Position numbers and translations under genes: made by a program. Below, one piece after another: positions 14,559-17,594 of a stretch of DNA of 17,594 bases (position 1 is its first letter; the number at the start of each line of letters is the position of its first letter). Below the pieces are notes generated by a model. That model had not been told where the DNA came from. It did no database searches and was given only the letters and a program-made list of their open reading frames with translations. This stretch comes from Acaryochloridaceae cyanobacterium VAR_48_metabat_390 (GTDB lineage Bacteria; Cyanobacteriota; Cyanobacteriia; Thermosynechococcales; Thermosynechococcaceae), in NCBI GenBank assembly GCA_031422435.1, contig JANPLU010000087.1, positions 1-17,594 of the forward strand, read 5' to 3'.

Positions 14559-17234
14559 TCATTCCTGTCCTGCCGCTTCCTCAGCCATTGTAGGGCCACG
14601 GACGAGCAAAATTGCGCACTTGCTTTGACGGGCGATCGCCTCTGGGATATTGCCCTGCAAAACCTGAGTAAATAGTCCATTGCGGCTGGCTCCTAGCACA
14701 ATAACATCCGCTTCAATGCCCTCTGCAAAGGCCAAAATCGTGGGGACAACCTCTCCCGTTAACTCTAGACCCTGAACGTGCCCTTTACACTGGGGACTCA
14801 AGGTTTGGACATAGGCTTCAATGAGGTCATGGTTTTGCTCAGCAGCGGTCGGGTAAATCTGGCACAGGTAGGTGACGGCTTCCGCCCCAAACATATTAAT
14901 GAGCGGCGGTAGCCAGCCCAGGGCATGAGCCGTATTAGGGCCACCCGCAACGGGCACAAGCCAGCGCTTGAGCGCCATCGACCGAGTGTTGACAGGCCAC
15001 TTGAACAACAGCACCGGACTAGCAGCCTGACGCAAGATCACGTCTACGGTGTTCCCAAACACGCGAACTCTTGGTGCAAAGCTATCGACTGTGGTTGCTG
15101 AACCCTGCCAGCCCATCAAAATCAGGTCGATATGCCGCTGCTTTTCAACCTCTAAAATCGCTTGGGCAACATCATGAGCCACCCGCACCTGAGTATGAAC
15201 TGAAACCTGATAACGCTCACCGTAGCGCACGGCCTTCTGAAGGATCCGCCGACTGTGAGCTGTTTTGACAGGCGTTTCTGAAGGTTGTCGATTGCGAGGG
15301 ATTTGGATAATTTGGACACACTCCAGCTCATAGTGGCGATCGCGGGCAATGGCAACCGCCAACTTCATTAATATCTCCGCCGTCTCTGGATTCGCTAAGG
15401 GCACCAGCATTCGCCCCTGACCTACGGCTGGACTTTGAGTTTGGTAAACAACATAGGACGGATCTGGAAACGCACTGAGGTGACAGCTTGCCCCCGTCAC
15501 CGCTAAAGACTCTGAGCGAATAATATCGGCACGGGTGATAATGCCCACCAGTGTGCGATTCTCCACTACGGGCAATCGGCTGACTTCAAAACGATTGAAG
15601 GTGTACAGTACGCTCGACAGGGTATCCTCTGGTGCAACCGTCACGGGCTGCGGGGTCATAACGTCGCGGATTGGCGTGGTTTCAGGGAGCGATCGCGATC
15701 CGGTCTTGGTCAAATCAGTCTGGGTGAGAATGCCTGCCAGCCGACCGTTTTCAATGACAGGGAAGCCTCGATGGTGCGATCGCGCAAACGCCTTCATTGC
15801 CTGCGCAAGGGAGAGGTCACTGGAGAGGGTTTCGACGCGGCGCTGCATAATGTCTGCGGCGGTAAGTCGGTCTAGCATTCCCTCTACGCTGTCGGGTTCG
15901 CTGCCTGTCTGGGTTAAGTCAATGCCTTGGCGCTGAAGTAAGCGGTTGTAGAGCGAACCAGGGCTAACTTTTTCTGCCACTAGGTAGGCCACCACCGAAC
16001 TCATCATGAGCGGCAGCACTAGGTTAAAGTTTGTCGTCATCTCAAAAATAATGACGATGCCCGTAAACGGAACGCGGCTGACCGCGCCAAAAAAAGCGCC
16101 CATTCCCACCAGGGCATAGGTTGAAGATAAGCCTGCTGCGAGGAAGTGGCTTTGCAGCAGCCCCACCAACTGCCCTAAAGATGCACCCAACACTAAGCTC
16201 GGCGCAAACAGACCACCTGGTGCCCCAGAACCAAAGGCGACCAGCGATAGTCCAAACCGCACCACAAAGGCTAGCGCCACAATCGGCCAATTAGCTTCGC
16301 CCATGCTGATCCACTGACGCAGACCTTCTAGGTTTTGAAACGAAGTGGGCAGCAAACCCAGCAAGGTGCCGCTGCATAACCCCGCCAAGGCAATGCGCCA
16401 GGGCAAACCAATGGGCAAAAAACGCTGATTGAGGTTGAGGCTGACCAGTAACCCTCGGTTAAAAAGGCCACCAAATAACCCTGCCAGCGCGCCCAGCAGA
16501 ATGTAGAACGGAATTTCTGGAATTGAAAAACTGGTGTAGCTGGTTAGGGTTGACAGGTTGACCGCAAGACTTTGACCTCCCAAGGTTCGAGCCACCACTG
16601 CGCCGATAAATGAGGATAAAATTGCGGTTCCAAGCGTTAACCCCGACAAATCCCGCAGTAGCTCTTCTACGACAAACAGAACGCCTGCCAAGGGCGCATT
16701 AAAGGCCGCTGCGAGTCCCGCTCCGGCTCCAGCGGCAATCATCTGTTTGCGGTGGGCAGGGGCAGTGGGAAGCCAGTAGCTAAGCTGGGCTGCTAAGGCC
16801 GCACCAAGCTGCACCGTGGGACCTTGACGACCTAGGCTAAGTCCGGAACCCAGCGCCAAAATACTGCTGACTAACTTCACCCAGGCCACCTGCCCATTCA
16901 GCCGCACGGGAAACTGTGCTAGGGCAGCCTTAACCTGCGGAATGCCGCTACCCTGCGCTTCGGGCGCAAAGCGCTCTATCAGTAACCCTGAGGCAAACCC
17001 GCCGATTGCCCCAATACAGGCCAACACCAAGAAGGATGGAATAGGAATACCGCTGAACCCAAAGGTTAGATGGGTACTCCAGTAGAGCCGCTCTGTCCCC
17101 AGCCAGTTTGTGCCGCGCTGGAGCGCAACGGCGGCTAGCCCCGACACAAAACCAATTAAGCACGCCTCAATGAGCGTCAACCGCTGAGGCTGAAGCCAGC
17201 GGCGAAATCGCTCAGAGAAAGGGAAAACCGTCAT
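14559..17234 (-). CDS. ClC chloride channel/transporter fused to a CBS pair and two USP-like domains
   Basis: GSGIP, GRQGP, AAAFNAPLAG, GGLFAP, GSLY motifs; CBS (HHRGFPVI...GILTQTDL; VSRLPVV...GIITRADI); USP-like (RMLVPLAN...DLILMGWQG; WLVPVAGGPN...DVIVLGASR). Confidence 0.93.
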   Translation of the reverse strand: MTVFPFSERFRRWLQPQRLTLIEACLIGFVSGLAAVALQRGTNWLGTERLYWSTHLTFGFSGIPIPSFLVLACIGAIGGFASGLLIERFAPEAQGSGIPQVKAALAQFPVRLNGQVAWVKLVSSILALGSGLSLGRQGPTVQLGAALAAQLSYWLPTAPAHRKQMIAAGAGAGLAAAFNAPLAGVLFVVEELLRDLSGLTLGTAILSSFIGAVVARTLGGQSLAVNLSTLTSYTSFSIPEIPFYILLGALAGLFGGLFNRGLLVSLNLNQRFLPIGLPWRIALAGLCSGTLLGLLPTSFQNLEGLRQWISMGEANWPIVALAFVVRFGLSLVAFGSGAPGGLFAPSLVLGASLGQLVGLLQSHFLAAGLSSTYALVGMGAFFGAVSRVPFTGIVIIFEMTTNFNLVLPLMMSSVVAYLVAEKVSPGSLYNRLLQRQGIDLTQTGSEPDSVEGMLDRLTAADIMQRRVETLSSDLSLAQAMKAFARSHHRGFPVIENGRLAGILTQTDLTKTGSRSLPETTPIRDVMTPQPVTVAPEDTLSSVLYTFNRFEVSRLPVVENRTLVGIITRADIIRSESLAVTGASCHLSAFPDPSYVVYQTQSPAVGQGRMLVPLANPETAEILMKLAVAIARDRHYELECVQIIQIPRNRQPSETPVKTAHSRRILQKAVRYGERYQVSVHTQVRVAHDVAQAILEVEKQRHIDLILMGWQGSATTVDSFAPRVRVFGNTVDVILRQAASPVLLFKWPVNTRSMALKRWLVPVAGGPNTAHALGWLPPLINMFGAEAVTYLCQIYPTAAEQNHDLIEAYVQTLSPQCKGHVQGLELTGEVVPTILAFAEGIEADVIVLGASRNGLFTQVLQGNIPEAIARQSKCAILLVRGPTMAEEAAGQE

Positions 17235-17457
17235 GACAGGTTAAACCTAAACATTCGCCTTTAGCAATAACATTAGCGTGACTGCCTTGAGCTACTTGGT
17301 TATTAGCACACGCCACACGATAACAGCTAAAAAGACCATGTAGCTTGTCACCATTAGCCACTCCTGCCAGCGATCGCCCACTACAGTATCTAAAACCATT
17401 CACCAATATCTTTATTTGGGATAGAGCATAAAGCGGGATAACTTGCGGGATTGATTA

Positions 17458-17594
17458 GACCTCTTGCGTGAATAGAGAGAAGTCGGTAGAAGTGTGTCAA
17501 GGTTCAAGGAGGGAACAGCCATGACCTACGAGCAACTGAAACATCTCAGCCCCAGTGCCTTCAAACGTCGTTGCGGCGTGCGACGAGGCACCTT
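17458..17594 (+). mobile_element. Left end of an IS5-family (ISL2/IS702-like) insertion sequence, truncated by the window edge
   Basis: TTA followed by GACCTCTTGCGTGAAT (IS-end-like), then SD AAGGAGG and a transposase-like ORF start at 17521. Confidence 0.75.
17521..17594 (+). CDS. Transposase N-terminus (partial)
   Basis: MTYEQLKHLSPSAFKRRCGVRRGT, matching the 'FKRxxGV...TF' start of cyanobacterial IS5/ISL2-group transposases. Confidence 0.75.
   Translation, partial: MTYEQLKHLSPSAFKRRCGVRRGT

Larger units (their letters stand above)
1038..17377. repeat. HIP1 octamers (GCGATCGC), dispersed
   Basis: Copies start at 1038, 5605, 9017, 11196, 12570, 13288, 13518, 14080, 14632, 15336, 15689, 15776 and 17370 (manual count, may be incomplete). 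Confidence 0.9.

Noticed and set aside
14546..14680. N-terminal extension of the cytochrome ORF
   Set aside because: Overlaps the ClC C-terminus; ATG 14545 or 14536 gives a sensible signal/anchor.
729..17406. Remaining short ORFs in the track (e.g. 729..968, 1093..1377, 6231..6578, 9243..9551, 13787..14218, 15535..15936, 17212..17406)
   Set aside because: Antisense or alternate-frame overlaps of well-supported genes, with no recognisable motifs.

Overview
Cyanobacterial chromosomal window (at least 13 HIP1 GCGATCGC octamers). The backbone is housekeeping: a partial coiled-coil gene, an ABCG-type NBD-TMD half-transporter, class II fbaA, tRNA-Lys(UUU), DUF2470 / geranylgeranyl-reductase-family / frr / pyrH, Uma2, a VapBC-like toxin-antitoxin pair, ubiX, a diheme cytochrome c and a ClC-CBS-USP protein. 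Between tRNA-Lys and DUF2470 lies an accessory block that the ORF track explains only partly. It holds a decayed serine-recombinase-family pseudogene, a three-gene cluster of unknown function and an IS630 relic with nested element fragments. Two of the three cluster proteins share a Gly-rich hydrophobic segment followed by about five 18-residue amphipathic repeats. An exact 19-bp sequence occurs in inverted orientation at 3026 and 8935, bracketing fbaA and this block. An IS5-family (ISL2/IS702-like) element starts at the right edge. The best candidate for an undescribed system is the 18-mer-repeat cluster. The ClC has a natural E-to-Q change at the gating glutamate. No CRISPR array or rRNA was seen. 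Family assignments come from motif recognition only; no searches were run.
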